DNA of 64,000 nucleotides from an uncultured Alphaproteobacteria bacterium (GTDB lineage Bacteria > Pseudomonadota > Alphaproteobacteria > M2410): positions 160 to 64,159 of the forward strand of contig CBFDBJ010000008.1 of NCBI GenBank assembly GCA_965603015.1, written 5' to 3'. Shown piece by piece: positions 19,427 through 28,480 of this stretch (positions within the stretch are counted from its first letter, which is position 1; every line of letters begins with the position of its first letter). The position numbers were made by a program, and so were the translations under genes. The notes under the pieces are model-generated. The model was not told the origin of the DNA and ran no database searches. It worked only from the letters and a program-made list of their open reading frames with translations.

Positions 19427-20677
19427 ATGATGACCAAATCTTTGAAATTCAAGCGGGGACTTTTCCCTGCTGTATTAATGGCAGCAACGGCCTTGACGGC
19501 ACCAGGACTTTCCACGTCGGCTTCAGCCGACGAGAGCCTGGGTGATGCTCTCAAAAATGGCAAACTCATTCTTGATATGCGTCTGCGTAACGAAACAGTT
19601 TCGCAAGACGGCTTTGCCGCCGATGCAAGCGGCCTGACGCTGCGCACACGACTTGGCTATGAAACGGCCGACTACTACGGTTTCAAGTTTCTCGCCGAAT
19701 TTGAAAATACATCGAATGTGGATGACGAGGACTACAACAACACCGTTAATGGCAACGGGACCTATCCTGTGATAGCCGATCCGGATACGACACAGCTCAA
19801 TCGCGCCCAGTTCACTTATACCGGGGTCGATGGTTTTGCCGTCATTGGTGGTCGTCAGCGGATTAACCTCGGCAACCAGCGCTTTATTGGCGCTGTGGGC
19901 TGGCGTCAGAACGAGCAGACCTTTGATGCGATTGTTGTGCAAAACACAATGATTGAGAACACTACGATCACCTACGGCTATATCGACCGGGTCCACCGAA
20001 TTTTTGGTGATGATCATCCCGCCGGCAAGCTGCACACCAATGCCCATGCGGTCAACGTTGACTACAAAGTCGCCCCGCTGGGTACTGTAACGGCCTATGC
20101 CTATTTGCTTGATGTTGAAGATGTTCCTGGCCTGTCGACATCGACCTATGGCGCACGCATTCACGGCAAATACAAGCAGGACGAGGTTACGTTCTCGTGG
20201 GATGGCGAATATGCCACTCAAAGCGATTATGCAGACAATCCCGGCGACATTGATGCTGACTTTTACAGTGTGAACGCTGGTGTCGCAGCGCGCGGATTTG
20301 CCGGCAAAGTCGGCTATGATGTTCTGGGCGGTGACGGCGCATCGAGCTTTCAAACGCCGCTGGCAACGCTGCACAAGTGGCAGGGCTTTGCCGACGCTTT
20401 CCTTACGACGCCAGCTGACGGCATCCAGGATCTTCATGGAATGGTATCCTGGAGCCAGAAGGACGTCGGCGTTCTCAAGAGCCTGAAGCTTGCGGCCTGG
20501 TATCACTCCTTTGAGGGTGATACAGGCGGTGTCGATATGGGATCCGAAGTGGATCTTCTTGTCGCCGCAGGTCTTGGCAATGGCTGGAGCACGTCTTTGA
20601 AATATGCCGATTATTCCGGCGAGGGCTTCCAGGCGGATCGCCAGAAACTTTGGGTTACATTGGCCTATAAATACTAA
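19427..20677 (+). CDS. outer-membrane beta-barrel porin (alginate-export/AlgE-like family)
   Basis: Signal peptide ...TSASA, an LDMRLRNE motif near the N-terminus, alternating beta-strand pattern and an aromatic C-terminal residue (...LAYKY). Confidence 0.7.
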   Translation: MMTKSLKFKRGLFPAVLMAATALTAPGLSTSASADESLGDALKNGKLILDMRLRNETVSQDGFAADASGLTLRTRLGYETADYYGFKFLAEFENTSNVDDEDYNNTVNGNGTYPVIADPDTTQLNRAQFTYTGVDGFAVIGGRQRINLGNQRFIGAVGWRQNEQTFDAIVVQNTMIENTTITYGYIDRVHRIFGDDHPAGKLHTNAHAVNVDYKVAPLGTVTAYAYLLDVEDVPGLSTSTYGARIHGKYKQDEVTFSWDGEYATQSDYADNPGDIDADFYSVNAGVAARGFAGKVGYDVLGGDGASSFQTPLATLHKWQGFADAFLTTPADGIQDLHGMVSWSQKDVGVLKSLKLAAWYHSFEGDTGGVDMGSEVDLLVAAGLGNGWSTSLKYADYSGEGFQADRQKLWVTLAYKY

Positions 20678-20717
20678 ACGCAGGTCCTGGGCTCGTTCAG
20701 GGCCTCATGAAAAGAAA

Positions 20718-20750
20718 CCGGGCGTCTCTTGCGAGGCGCCCGGTTTTTTT
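20718..20750. terminator. bidirectional rho-independent terminator
   Basis: The aaaccgggcgtctcttgcgaggcgcccggttttttt hairpin is flanked by A-run and T-run, between the convergent porin and EF-hand genes. Confidence 0.6.
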
Positions 20751-20773
20751 GTGCGTGCTGTGTGGTCAGATGC

Positions 20774-21706
20774 TCAGGGTTCGTCGCGGTCGTGGCGCCG
20801 CTTGTCGTCATCCCGGTCTCGATCCCGGTCGCGATCCCGGTCGCGGGCCTTACGGTGTTTCTCGGCACGATGCCCGTCGGCTTTTCTCCCGTCGCGGTGC
20901 CGGTCTGCCTTATGACCGTCCCGATGTTCGTCGCGGTGCCGGTCTGCCTTATGACCGTCCCGATGTTCGTCACGGCGGCGGTCTGCCTTGTGGCCGTCTC
21001 GATGTTCGTCACGGCGGCGGTCTGCCTTGTGGCCATCACGGTGTCCATCGCGGTGTCGGTCTGCCTTGTGGCCATCACGGTGTCCGTCGCGGTGCCGGTC
21101 TGCCTTGTGGCCATCACGGTGCCTGTTGCGGTGCCGGTCTGCTTTGTGACCATTGCCGCGATGATCGCCGTGGCCGACGCGAACATCAAGACGGCGGTAG
21201 TCAGGATAGTAGCGGCCATGATTTCTGGAAAGGGATGTCCGATACCAGTTGGAGCGGTTCAGCTCTTTCCGGCTCAGATAGCCGTCGCCATTGCGATCAG
21301 CCCTGCGGAACTCGTCGCGTACTGCATGGCGCAGCTCTCTGCGGGTGATCACGCCGTTGCGGTTCAGATCGTAAAGATGAAACGTGCGCGTGTTGATGGG
21401 GCCCAGATAGGACGATCCGCCACGATGGCCTCCGCCACCGGTGCCAAAGGCGATCCGGAAATTCTCATCGCCGAAGACCACGCGGACGTTTGGACCGTCG
21501 TTATGGCTGCGGCCGCGATGTTCCAGACGGCGCAACGCCTTTCTGGAAAGCTTGCCGTTATTGTTGCGATCAAGTCTGTCAAAAATACGCACGAACTTCT
21601 GGACCATCTCCCTCTGGGAGATCCCTCCATCCCGGGCGAGGGCGGGGGTCGTCGTGACTACGGCGAGTGAACTCGCGGCAGCGAGGATTAATGCTATTGG
21701 CTTCAT
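20774..21706 (-). CDS. secreted EF-hand calcium-binding protein with His/Asp/Arg-rich repeat tail
   Basis: The start is set at 21706 (MKPIALILAAASSLAVVTTTPALA signal peptide, with a GGAGAGG RBS). EF loops are DLNRNGVITRRE and DRNGDGYLSRKE (canonical) and DRNNNGKLSRKA (degenerate). The C-terminal (DRHRDxHRDGHKA)n repeats are followed by an (RD)n tail. Confidence 0.75.
   Translation of the reverse strand: MKPIALILAAASSLAVVTTTPALARDGGISQREMVQKFVRIFDRLDRNNNGKLSRKALRRLEHRGRSHNDGPNVRVVFGDENFRIAFGTGGGGHRGGSSYLGPINTRTFHLYDLNRNGVITRRELRHAVRDEFRRADRNGDGYLSRKELNRSNWYRTSLSRNHGRYYPDYRRLDVRVGHGDHRGNGHKADRHRNRHRDGHKADRHRDGHRDGHKADRHRDGHRDGHKADRRRDEHRDGHKADRRRDEHRDGHKADRHRDEHRDGHKADRHRDGRKADGHRAEKHRKARDRDRDRDRDRDDDKRRHDRDEP
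20891..21163. repeat. 7 x 39-bp in-frame tandem repeat within the EF-hand gene
   Basis: Units begin at 20891, 20930, 20969, 21008, 21047, 21086 and 21125. Units 1 and 2 are identical, and the later units diverge progressively. Confidence 0.9.
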
Positions 21707-21955
21707 GTAACCTCTCCACAAATAAAGTGTATAAACCGAAATCACATCAATTTCGGTACCCCCCGGTAAGCCCATTGACGAACTATTGGCATTAATTGTG
21801 GCATTAATCTGTCCAAACCCGTGCCATTTTGAGGGTGGGTGTGCCGCGCGGTTTGGCTGTCACGGGGGCAGTGGCTGATAGCTGGCACAATCCCCCGGGA
21901 CTGGTCCCGAGATTTGCCTTGGATATATGTTGGGCGAATGGTAGGAAGCGCGCCC

Positions 21956-23758
21956 ATGACAGATCTCAAACACATACGAAATTTCTCCATTGTCGCGCAT
22001 ATCGACCATGGCAAATCGACCCTCGCGGACCGGCTCATTCAGGTCACCGGCGGCCTCACCGCACGGGAAATGAAGGCCCAGGTGCTTGATAATATGGATA
22101 TCGAGCGTGAGCGCGGTATCACGATCAAGGCACAGACCGTGCGGCTCGAATATACGGCGAAGGACGGGGAGGCTTACGTCCTCAATCTCATTGATACGCC
22201 GGGCCATGTGGATTTTGCCTATGAGGTTTCGCGCTCGCTCGCGGCGGTCGAGGGCTCGCTTCTGGTGGTCGATGCCAGTCAGGGCGTTGAAGCGCAGACC
22301 CTTGCCAATGTCTACAAGGCGATCGAGAATAATCATGAAATTGTTTCGGTGCTCAACAAGGTGGACTTGCCCGCTGCGGAGCCCGACCGGGTGCGCCAGC
22401 AAATTGAGGATGTGATCGGCATCGATGCTTCTGATGCGCTTGAAATTTCGGCCAAGACGGGCATTGGCATTGAAGAGGTGCTTGAAGCGATCGTTGAGCG
22501 TCTGCCGGCGCCGCAGGGCGATGCTGACGCCCCCCTGAAGGCGCTGCTGGTCGACAGTTGGTACGATGCCTATCTCGGGGTTGTTGTTCTTGTGCGGATC
22601 ATTGACGGCAAGATGCGCAAGGGGCAGAAGATCAAGATGATGGCCGCCGATGCTGTTTATCTGGCTGACCGGGTCGGTGTTTTTCATCCGAAGATGGACA
22701 GTGTGAAGGAATTGGGTCCGGGCGAGATCGGGTTCTTTACCGCCGCGATCAAACAGGTGGCTGATACGCGGGTTGGGGATACCATCACCGAGGACAAAAA
22801 AGAGACGGCTCAGCCTCTGGCCGGGTTTGCACCGTCACAACCGGTTGTTTTCTGCGGGTTTTTCCCGCTCGATTCGTCCGAGTTTGAGACCTTGCGGGAC
22901 AGTCTGGGGCGCCTGCGCCTGAATGATGCCAGTTTTGATTTTGAGATGGAATCTTCCGCCGCGCTCGGGTTTGGCTTCCGGTGCGGATGTTTGGGGCTGC
23001 TTCAACTTGAGATTATTCGCGAGCGAAGTGAACGCGAGTTTAATATTGAACTCATCACGACCGCGCCAAGTGTTGTCTACAAGCTCTATATGAACGACGG
23101 CACAGAAATCGAAATGCATAATCCGGCTGATATGCCCGACCCGACCCAGATCGACCGTATTGAAGAGCCGTGGATCAGTGCCACTATTCTCGTTCCCGAC
23201 GAATACCTCGGCGCGGTTTTGAAGCTGTGCGAAGACCGGCGCGGCACCCAGAAGGATTTGACCTATGCTGGTACGCGGGCGATGGTGGTCTATGACCTGC
23301 CGCTCAATGAAGTGGTGTTTGATTTTTATGATCGGTTGAAATCGATCACGCGCGGCTATGCCAGCTTTGACTATCAGATCAATGATTACCGGGCCGACGA
23401 GCTGGTGAAGATGAGTATTCTTGTGAATGCAGAACCAGTGGACGCCTTGTCGATCATCGTGCATCGCTCACGCGCCGAAGCGCGCGGGCGGGTCATGTGT
23501 GAGAAGCTGAAAGACCTGATCCCGCGCCATCTTTTTCAGATCCCGATCCAGGCCGCGCTCGGCGGCAAGATCATTGCGCGCGAAACCATCCGTGCCTTGC
23601 GCAAGGATGTGACTGCGAAATGTTATGGCGGGGATGCCAGCCGCAAGCGCAAGCTGCTCGACAAGCAGAAGGCGGGCAAGAAACGCATGCGCCAGTTCGG
23701 CAGGGTCGAAATTCCCCAGGAAGCGTTTATCGCCGCGCTTAAAATGGATGAGAACTAG
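21956..23758 (+). CDS. lepA: translation elongation factor 4
   Basis: [27 protein letters not shown]..., DTPGHVDF and NKVD motifs, and a LepA-specific C-terminus. 600 aa from the ATG at 21956; the track start at 21839 is an upstream extension. Confidence 0.95.
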   Translation: MTDLKHIRNFSIVAHIDHGKSTLADRLIQVTGGLTAREMKAQVLDNMDIERERGITIKAQTVRLEYTAKDGEAYVLNLIDTPGHVDFAYEVSRSLAAVEGSLLVVDASQGVEAQTLANVYKAIENNHEIVSVLNKVDLPAAEPDRVRQQIEDVIGIDASDALEISAKTGIGIEEVLEAIVERLPAPQGDADAPLKALLVDSWYDAYLGVVVLVRIIDGKMRKGQKIKMMAADAVYLADRVGVFHPKMDSVKELGPGEIGFFTAAIKQVADTRVGDTITEDKKETAQPLAGFAPSQPVVFCGFFPLDSSEFETLRDSLGRLRLNDASFDFEMESSAALGFGFRCGCLGLLQLEIIRERSEREFNIELITTAPSVVYKLYMNDGTEIEMHNPADMPDPTQIDRIEEPWISATILVPDEYLGAVLKLCEDRRGTQKDLTYAGTRAMVVYDLPLNEVVFDFYDRLKSITRGYASFDYQINDYRADELVKMSILVNAEPVDALSIIVHRSRAEARGRVMCEKLKDLIPRHLFQIPIQAALGGKIIARETIRALRKDVTAKCYGGDASRKRKLLDKQKAGKKRMRQFGRVEIPQEAFIAALKMDEN

Positions 23759-23843
23759 GAAAATGGATGAGAATCAGGTCCGGATGTGAAGAGGGCATCC
23801 GCTCCCCCCGAAGCGAATGCCCTCAAATTCACCCGCCTCGAGC

Positions 23844-24131
23844 CTAATCGCGGCTACGGAACAAGAACGCCAACACCAGACCAACACCCCCAAGTGTGAG
23901 TGAAGCTGGCAGCCCCAGCGCCGCCGCAGCAAAGCTGGCGGACGCCGCATCAAGCGAGGCAGGGTGAAGCATGACCCATATCTGTTCAAGAGAATGGGTA
24001 TGAGAAAGGAAGCCGCCTTCATTGGCTTCCAGCATTGCAAAGAGGTCCCCGCCGAGCAGCATCAAAGATGCAACAATCAGCAACAGAGCCACAAATCTAA
24101 AAATAACCATCGGCCAAAACCCCCGTTTCAA
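23844..24131 (-). CDS. small hypothetical membrane protein (2 TM)
   Basis: 95-aa ORF with two hydrophobic helices, convergent with lepA. No family recognised. Confidence 0.45.
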   Translation of the reverse strand: MKRGFWPMVIFRFVALLLIVASLMLLGGDLFAMLEANEGGFLSHTHSLEQIWVMLHPASLDAASASFAAAALGLPASLTLGGVGLVLAFLFRSRD

Positions 24132-24464
24132 TACTCGATACGCTACAAATCGAGGCGTTTTAGCCTCTTTAACAGTCGGATCGCAGAGGTCCTGCAGATC
24201 CCCCGATCCCGATCATTACAGCATTGTAACGTTTGAAGGTGTCCCAGACAAGTACATGTTTTACATAATATCGCGGAGTGGGTCCGCGGAGCCACAGGTG
24301 CTCGAGGCGTGGCGGAACACTGCGAAATCTGCCGGAAACTCTGCCAGAATAATGCGCTGCAAAGCCTTGCGTTTTGGGGGCCAATCGTATAGTTCCGGCC
24401 CCGTGCCGCGCGCAGGGTCCTCCGAGGCCGATAAATCGCGCGATTTGCATATGATGCTGAGCAT

Positions 24465-24554
24465 GGAGAGGTGGCCGAGTGGCTGAAGGCGCACGCTTGG
24501 AAAGCGTGTAGGCGGGGAACCGTCTCGAGGGTTCGAATCCCTCTCTCTCCGCCA
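24465..24554 (+). tRNA. tRNA-Ser (anticodon GGA)
   Basis: GGAGAGGTGGCCGAGTGG...CACGC-TTGGAAA-GCGTG...long variable arm...GGTTCGAATCCCTC-TCTCTCC-G-CCA. Cloverleaf with a long variable arm and an encoded CCA. Confidence 0.93.
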
Positions 24555-24727
24555 GTATCCCTTTCCCCGCGGCAGGGAGCATGCCCTGGCGTGCGGTAAG
24601 ACGCTGGTGTTTTCTCACCGGGTGCGGCTTTCTCCTCCGGAGCACTCGTGCTAGCTTTTATTCCCTGTTTTCACTGTAACTGCTCCGTGCAAATGAGAGC
24701 GGCAGATTCAAAAACCGGGATGGAATA

Positions 24728-26332
24728 ATGACAGGCGACCCCGTTGACGTATTGATTATTGGCGCCGGGGCCTCGGGCGCTGCCATGGCCTGGAGTCTTG
24801 CCGATACAAAGATGCGCATTGTATGCCTCGAACAGGGTAGCTGGCCAAACCCGTCGAGCTACCCGAGCACCGGCCGTGACTGGGAGGCCCGCGCTTTTGG
24901 AGACATGGGGTTCAATCCCAATCAGCGCAAAGCACCGGCGGACTATCCGATCAACGAAGACAATTCACCGATCAAGATCGCTAATTTCAATGGTGTTGGC
25001 GGTGGTACCGTGCTGTACGCCGGACACTTCCCGCGGTTCCTGCCGTCGGATTTTCAGGTCAAGTCGCTCGACGGGGTCGCAGATGACTGGCCGATTAATT
25101 ACGAGACGCTGGCGCCGTTTTACACCGAGAACGACCGCATGATGGGGGTCTGCGGTCTTGCAGGCGATCCGGCCAATCCCGCTAACAACGGCGTCCAGAT
25201 GCCCCCTCTGCCGCTTGGCAAGTCGGGCGAGGCGTTGGCAAAGGGCTTTAACAAGCTGGGCTGGCACTGGTGGCCGTCGGACTCAGCGATTGCAACCGAG
25301 CCTTATGATGGCCGCGACAAATGTATCAACCTGGGGGCCTGCCTTTCGGGTTGCGCGCAAGGCGCCAAGGCCAGCACCGACATCACCTATTGGCAACATG
25401 CGCAGCGCGCCGGCGTCGAGCTCATCACCGAAGCGCGGGTGCGCGAGATTACCGTTGATGACGACGGCATGGCGTCGGGCGTGATTTACTACGACGGCGA
25501 CGGCAACGAAGTTAAGCTGAAAGCCCATGTTGTGGTGCTGGCCTGTAATGGCATCGGCACGCCGCGCCTGCTGCTCAATTCGAAATCTCCGCAGCATCCG
25601 GACGGCCTTGCCAATTCGAGCGGCCTTGTCGGCAAGAACCTGATGTTTCATCCCTACGCCTGGATTCAGGGCGTCTTTGACGAGCCGCTGGATGGTTACA
25701 AAGGTTCAAGCAACTGCATGCGCAGCCAGCAATTTTATGAGACCGACGAATCGCGCGATTTTGTCCGGGGCTATACCTTCGAGATCTCGCGCGGTACCGG
25801 TCCGGTGAGTACGGCGCTGAGTGGTTTTGGCCGCGGTGTTATTCCCTGGGGTGAGGGGCATCATGATGCTTTTCGCAAGCTTTATAACAGGATGACGGGC
25901 ATGGTCGCGATCTGCGAGGACCTGCCGGAAGAGCATAACCGGGTCACGCTTGATCCGGAACTGAAGGATGCCAACGGCATTCCGGCCCCCCGGATCGACT
26001 ACACTTTGAGCGACAATTCCCGCAAGATGCTGGACCATGCCGTCGCCCGGGCAACAGAGGTTTTGCGGGCAGCGGGGGCGACAGACGTCTATCACGAGGC
26101 GCCGCTCGGTGTTGCCGGCTGGCACTTGATGGGTACGGCGCGCATGGGGCGAGATCCGGCGCGGTCTGTTGTCAATGAATGGGGCCGGGCGCATGATGTG
26201 AAAAACCTTTTTGTCATCGATGGCAGTATCTTTGTGACATCTGCCGGAGTTAACCCGACCCGAACCATTCAGGCGCTGGCGCTTTATGTGGCGGACCAGA
26301 TGAAGCAACGCCTTGCAAACCTGTTCGACTAG
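24728..26332 (+). CDS. GMC-family FAD-dependent oxidoreductase
   Basis: DVLIIGAGASGAAMA FAD-binding fold at the N-terminus and a GMC C-terminal region (HLMGTARMG, NLFVIDGSIF). Confidence 0.9.
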   Translation: MTGDPVDVLIIGAGASGAAMAWSLADTKMRIVCLEQGSWPNPSSYPSTGRDWEARAFGDMGFNPNQRKAPADYPINEDNSPIKIANFNGVGGGTVLYAGHFPRFLPSDFQVKSLDGVADDWPINYETLAPFYTENDRMMGVCGLAGDPANPANNGVQMPPLPLGKSGEALAKGFNKLGWHWWPSDSAIATEPYDGRDKCINLGACLSGCAQGAKASTDITYWQHAQRAGVELITEARVREITVDDDGMASGVIYYDGDGNEVKLKAHVVVLACNGIGTPRLLLNSKSPQHPDGLANSSGLVGKNLMFHPYAWIQGVFDEPLDGYKGSSNCMRSQQFYETDESRDFVRGYTFEISRGTGPVSTALSGFGRGVIPWGEGHHDAFRKLYNRMTGMVAICEDLPEEHNRVTLDPELKDANGIPAPRIDYTLSDNSRKMLDHAVARATEVLRAAGATDVYHEAPLGVAGWHLMGTARMGRDPARSVVNEWGRAHDVKNLFVIDGSIFVTSAGVNPTRTIQALALYVADQMKQRLANLFD

Positions 26333-26794
26333 ATGAGCAAAATTAATATGATGTATAAAGATAACGAACGAAGTTTATTGGGAGCGCTGGTCGAAAGGAT
26401 CATTCCGGCAAGCGAGACGCATGGTGTTCCAGGTGCCGGCGATGAAACCATTCTGACTGACATTCTCGGTGTCGCAGCGCCGCATCATGGTGCCATCTGC
26501 GGCGCGCTGGCAATTCTTGAGGCGCTTGCGAAAGAAGCGGGCGGCATCGGATTTACGAACCTTTCAGACAGTGACCAGGCCGCGACGGTCGAGGCGTTCA
26601 GGGCTGCGCAGCCCGAACTTGCCGGATTGATTGCCGCTCTGACGGCGCAATGTTACTACCGGGACGACCGTGTTATGCGGGCGCTTGATATGGAAACAAG
26701 ACCGCCCTTCCCGAAGGGTTTTGAAGTGGCGGGCGGCGACTGGGCTTTGCTTGACCCGGTGCGAACACGCGAGGCGTTCTTCAGGAAAGTCTGA
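26333..26794 (+). CDS. gluconate 2-dehydrogenase subunit 3-like small protein
   Basis: 153-aa ORF that starts immediately after the GMC stop (TAGATG). The L..L.ERIIPA....PGA pattern is typical of this family. No twin-arginine signal is visible. Confidence 0.65.
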   Translation: MSKINMMYKDNERSLLGALVERIIPASETHGVPGAGDETILTDILGVAAPHHGAICGALAILEALAKEAGGIGFTNLSDSDQAATVEAFRAAQPELAGLIAALTAQCYYRDDRVMRALDMETRPPFPKGFEVAGGDWALLDPVRTREAFFRKV

Positions 26795-26888
26795 AAAACA
26801 GACGAACAGGGTGGAGCGAACCGGGCTGTCTGGTCTGTCAGCGCCACCCGGCGACGTGGCAAGAGTGGTTGTGAAAGAGGGGATTGAT

Positions 26889-27812
26889 ATGCCGGGAAAT
26901 ACTTTGCGTGCTGCCGTTATCCAGGCGGCGTCGGTTGCCTTTGATGTGGAGGCGACGCTTCAAAAATTTGATCGTCTGGCTCGCCAGGCGGCGGATCAGG
27001 GAGCAAGGCTTGCGGTTTTTCCGGAGGCCTTTATTGGCGGCTATCCAAAAGGAGCGGATTTCGGCGCCCGTGTTGGTATGCGTTCGGAGGCGGGGCGCGA
27101 TGAGTTTTTGCGGTATTACAATGGCGCGATCGCGGTGCCGGGCCCTGTCGTGGATCATCTGTCGAAGCTTGCGGGGGAATTGTCTCTTAACCTGGTCGTT
27201 GGTGTGATCGAGCGGGATGGCGGGACACTCTATTGCACACTGCTCTACTTCGACGAAGCCGGTCTCTTTCTGGGTAAGCACCGCAAATTGATGCCCACGG
27301 CAATGGAGCGATTGATCTGGGGGTTTGGTGACGGGACGACACTGCCGGTCTATGAAACGCCGGTTGGACGCGTTGGCGGGGTCATTTGCTGGGAAAACAA
27401 CATGCCGATGCTGCGCATGCATATGTACCGGGAGGGTGTGGAGCTTTATTGCGCGCCGACAGTTGATGACCGGGAGATCTGGATGAGCTCGATGCGCCAT
27501 ATCGCGTGGGAGGGCCGATGCTTTGTGCTTTCAGCCTGTCAATTTGCAACCCGTGCTGACTATCCGGAGGACTATGAGTGCATTCAGGGGGATGATCCCG
27601 GCGCTGTCCTGATCCGCGGTGGCTCCTGTATTGTCGATCCCTTTGGCACTATTCTCGCCGGGCCGATCTACGGCGAGGAGGCGGTGCTGGTCGCGGATAT
27701 CGATATGAACCAGATCCCGCGCGGCAAATACGATCTGGATGTTGCAGGCCATTATGCCCGTTGGGATATCTTCGATCTGACCGTCAGAGGGGCTGGCGGA
27801 AACTCCGAATAG
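26889..27812 (+). CDS. nitrilase (carbon-nitrogen hydrolase superfamily)
   Basis: FPEAFIGGYP (catalytic Glu), HRKLMPT (Lys) and ICWENNMP (Cys) motifs. The start is set at the ATG at 26889 (MPGNTLRAAVIQ). Confidence 0.85.
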   Translation: MPGNTLRAAVIQAASVAFDVEATLQKFDRLARQAADQGARLAVFPEAFIGGYPKGADFGARVGMRSEAGRDEFLRYYNGAIAVPGPVVDHLSKLAGELSLNLVVGVIERDGGTLYCTLLYFDEAGLFLGKHRKLMPTAMERLIWGFGDGTTLPVYETPVGRVGGVICWENNMPMLRMHMYREGVELYCAPTVDDREIWMSSMRHIAWEGRCFVLSACQFATRADYPEDYECIQGDDPGAVLIRGGSCIVDPFGTILAGPIYGEEAVLVADIDMNQIPRGKYDLDVAGHYARWDIFDLTVRGAGGNSE

Positions 27813-27899
27813 CCTGGACAACCGATCCGACCGCTTCCTTCGGGCAAGCGGATTGAGGCGCTTGTCCGGTGCAGCGTTGGATGAAGTGGGACACGTTCC

Positions 27900-28466
27900 T
27901 TATGGCTGCGCCAGGATTTCTGCGCCAAAATTCGTCTGCAGATAATTGAGGATAAGCACGTAGTCCTCCGGCTCCGGCTCCGGCATACCCTGCTTTTCCT
28001 GCATCCATATGAGCAGTTCTCCCCAGCGTGCCGGAGTCAATTTCTGCTGCATGACAATTTCAAGGGAGTGGCAGGCCGAGCAATAGCCTTCGACCTCTTC
28101 GTAGCCAGGATCTCTGGGCAGACCCCAATATTCATCCTGCGGATCAAACTTGATAGACGTTCCGCCACTGGGTGCATTGCTGAGCATTGGGGCCAGTGCA
28201 TAAAACCCGTCGTGAAAGTCGGGCGACGTCGGCCAGGATTTCATCAGCTCCGCCACACGGGCGCGCTGCTCCGGGGCAGGCGGGATCAACGGCTCGGGCG
28301 TAACAGCCAAGCTCACCTGACCGGTTGGTGCGGGCGTTTCGGCAAGTTGCTCGCCGGCGTTGTCGTGATCCGGCGCGAGAAGCCGGGCCAACAAGAGGCC
28401 CCCAACCGCGATCACAATAACAAAAGCGCCAATCAAAACCTTGTTCTGGTTTGTCGTATTGTTCAT
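27900..28466 (-). CDS. membrane-anchored mono-haem c-type cytochrome (SorB-like partner of sulfite dehydrogenase)
   Basis: An N-terminal TM helix and a single CSACH haem-binding motif. The gene lies 14 nt downstream of the molybdoenzyme gene. Confidence 0.65.
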   Translation of the reverse strand: MNNTTNQNKVLIGAFVIVIAVGGLLLARLLAPDHDNAGEQLAETPAPTGQVSLAVTPEPLIPPAPEQRARVAELMKSWPTSPDFHDGFYALAPMLSNAPSGGTSIKFDPQDEYWGLPRDPGYEEVEGYCSACHSLEIVMQQKLTPARWGELLIWMQEKQGMPEPEPEDYVLILNYLQTNFGAEILAQP

Positions 28467-28480
28467 CTTCCTGGCTCTCC

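Noticed and set aside
20891-21163. A regular 39-bp repeat array that could look like a CRISPR array
   Set aside because: The units are directly abutting with no spacers. They are in frame within a gene that has a signal peptide and EF-hand motifs. No cas genes or leader are present. It is a coding tandem repeat.
20729-21670. A 313-aa plus-strand hydrophobic ORF opposite the EF-hand gene
   Set aside because: Its apparent TM-like repeats (VAVPVCLMTVPMF) are simply the antisense reading of the His/Asp/Arg repeat units. The minus-strand frame has a signal peptide, an RBS and canonical EF loops.
23741-23773. A 14-nt direct duplication (AAAATGGATGAGAA twice, 5 nt apart) spanning the lepA stop codon
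   Set aside because: It is probably a small slippage duplication of the gene's 3' end with no evident function. The following GAGGGCAT...ATGCCCTC hairpin is a plausible shared terminator without a clear T-run.
24169-24645. A 158-aa minus-strand ORF near the tRNA
   Set aside because: It runs straight through the tRNA-Ser gene (24465-24554) on the opposite strand, so it is spurious.
24132-24727. A possible genomic-island or prophage integration at tRNA-Ser
   Set aside because: There is no integrase, no direct repeat of the tRNA 3' end, and no phage-like genes on either side. The downstream genes are ordinary metabolic genes.
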